NCBI GenBank assembly: GCA_976226885.1
Contig: OZ320321.1
Span: 43,524,001-43,588,000 of the forward strand
DNA: 64,000 nucleotides
Direction: 5' to 3'
From: Iphione sp. A-MEVVRFRX5
Lineage: Eukaryota
Shown: positions 62,301 to 64,000 of the stretch, piece by piece
Layout: every line of letters begins with the position of its first letter
Numbering within the stretch: the stretch's first letter is position 1
Notes under the pieces: generated by a model
The model's database searches: none
What the model was told of the DNA's origin: nothing
What the model saw: the letters and a program-made list of their open reading frames with translations, nothing else
Made by a program: the position numbers and the translations under genes

Positions 62301-64000
62301 TTGTAAAACAAACATCATAAATACCCTTTCTTTCATACTTTACACACCCTCTTTTTTCTTCATGAGAATATAGTCTGAATAATAAAGAATCTAAAGATCA
62401 ATTATCAATCTATATTTCTTGATTTTGGAGATACGTTGTCATGAGTCTGTACTACTGCTTGGTACAATAGGTGTAATTTTGATTCATCGATCTAATACAT
62501 GTTTTCACTGCAACAGTTGAATATGATCGAAAAAAATGATGCATTTTATCTTATACATTTATTTGTAGTTTCCGTTTCCTGCGTTGAAAAAAGGTCATGT
62601 CCTTACTTAAGAGGAACCATCTGCTTCACAAATACCTTCTTGAATAGGTTACAGAGAGGTATAATTATTAGCTTCGTTACTTTTATCACCCCTTGTTTAG
62701 TACGGGTGTACTGGTGCCGAAAGCTTTGCCACAGGAGAAATGTGGTGGCCCCTGTACCTACCTTCTGTAATGCCGAGTGTTTTTGTGCGCCGCACGATGC
62801 ATTAAGCCATTATGTGTGAGTAGGAAAGGTGGAGGAGGTGGGGGGGGGGGTCCTAGAGAACGACGTGTGTGAGGCCTGATGCTTCACTACCCAAGAACAT
62901 GTGGAGACCCAGATGTGCTCAGCATCACATTGGCAGGGATCAAACAGCAACACTATGGACCAACACTGTAGAGCAGCTCAGCACCTTTTCAACTCAACAC
63001 GAACGGAATCGAGAGCAACCCGGCCAGTACGACCTGCTGACACTATGTATAGACGCCCAGTGTGGCATGATCAGTGTTGGTCTACTCAGCTGCCCGTTTG
63101 CCCAAGGATGCGACTGGAAGTGGTATGTAAAATATGCCAAACGATGGGCTGAAGACGGACCACCAGTCACGCCAAGATAGATCCTTATGTATGGATATGT
63201 ATGGATGAAGGAATAATACCAACCCTAATGTCGATGGAGATGCACCGGAACTATTCTTGTTTATCAACATTTCACCTCTTATATGTTTTACCTGTCTACT
63301 ACAGATGTCTTTCATGGTGTATTTATTGTCAAATAAAGGGTGGCAATCTCGCAACTATCTTTAAACTGCATAAGAGCCATTGACAGTCGCTGGCATCTTC
63401 ATTCATGCCAGACAAGCAGTAAACATTATACTACTACAGTTAGCGACACCTTTGGCCCTTTCCGTGACCATAACCCTTCCTTTACTATGTTCACCTGGTT
63501 ATCGTGCCCTATGCCACGAGCGAAGTATCCGTTCAGCAAAACAAATGCACTGTGTGTTTTATAATCATTCCCAGATACCTTTTGGTTTAATGGTTTTCAA
63601 CTGTCTGCGCTATCAAATGCCAAGTAATGTTTTAGCTTTACCCAGCGCTTAGCACAGCAATTTAACGGCGGTCACAATGAAAATACGAGTCCTACCTCTG
63701 CATTGCTAAGCTATATCTCTATTTATATTCTACGCATATAGTCCTTAGAGAAAGAAAATAGTACTCAAGGAACGACTAGCAACTGGTGATATAGAGCCAT
63801 GAAAACAGTCTGATGTGGTTTGCGGTTGGTACGCTTTCCTCGCCAAATAATCGAGAAAGATGTTCGTTAATTAAAAACCATCCTCTATTGTCACAGCTTC
63901 TTTGATGGGTTTGCTGATCACAAGAAAGGTTCATGTAACCCTTTAGGCACAATTATCTAAGGTTTTTGCTTTTTGTACTCTACTGCATTGCTTTACTCAA

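Overview
Eukaryotic (invertebrate-animal-like, intron-rich) genomic window with two convergent protein-coding genes and many decayed transposons. (1) Plus strand: sorting nexin-14 (SNX14; PXA-RGS-PX-Nexin_C), 28 exons traced from 1556 to the stop at 28009 with continuous phase; the N-terminal exons are not found in the window. (2) Minus strand: a PDZ + ZM-motif (Zasp/ALP-Enigma-like) protein, exons from 49699 to the stop at 36678. No LIM exons were found, there are several candidate cassette/micro-exons and internal first exons, and its first PDZ exon was not found. TE debris includes an R4/Dong-type RT fragment, a Penelope-like fragment, CR1/L2-type RT remnants, a Crypton-like fragment, pogo/mariner-type MITEs and satellites. 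The most striking feature is a ~1 kb non-coding insertion (453-1430) bounded by a 20-bp direct repeat. It holds six tandem, sequence-divergent but structurally co-varying modules that each fold like an SRP-RNA Alu domain (4-bp stem, G, hairpin, UGUAA, hairpin, then a helix-5-like hairpin, all closed by a module-specific stem). It is a candidate multi-Alu-domain retroelement RNA. All structures and homologies were assigned by eye; no searches or folding programs were run.
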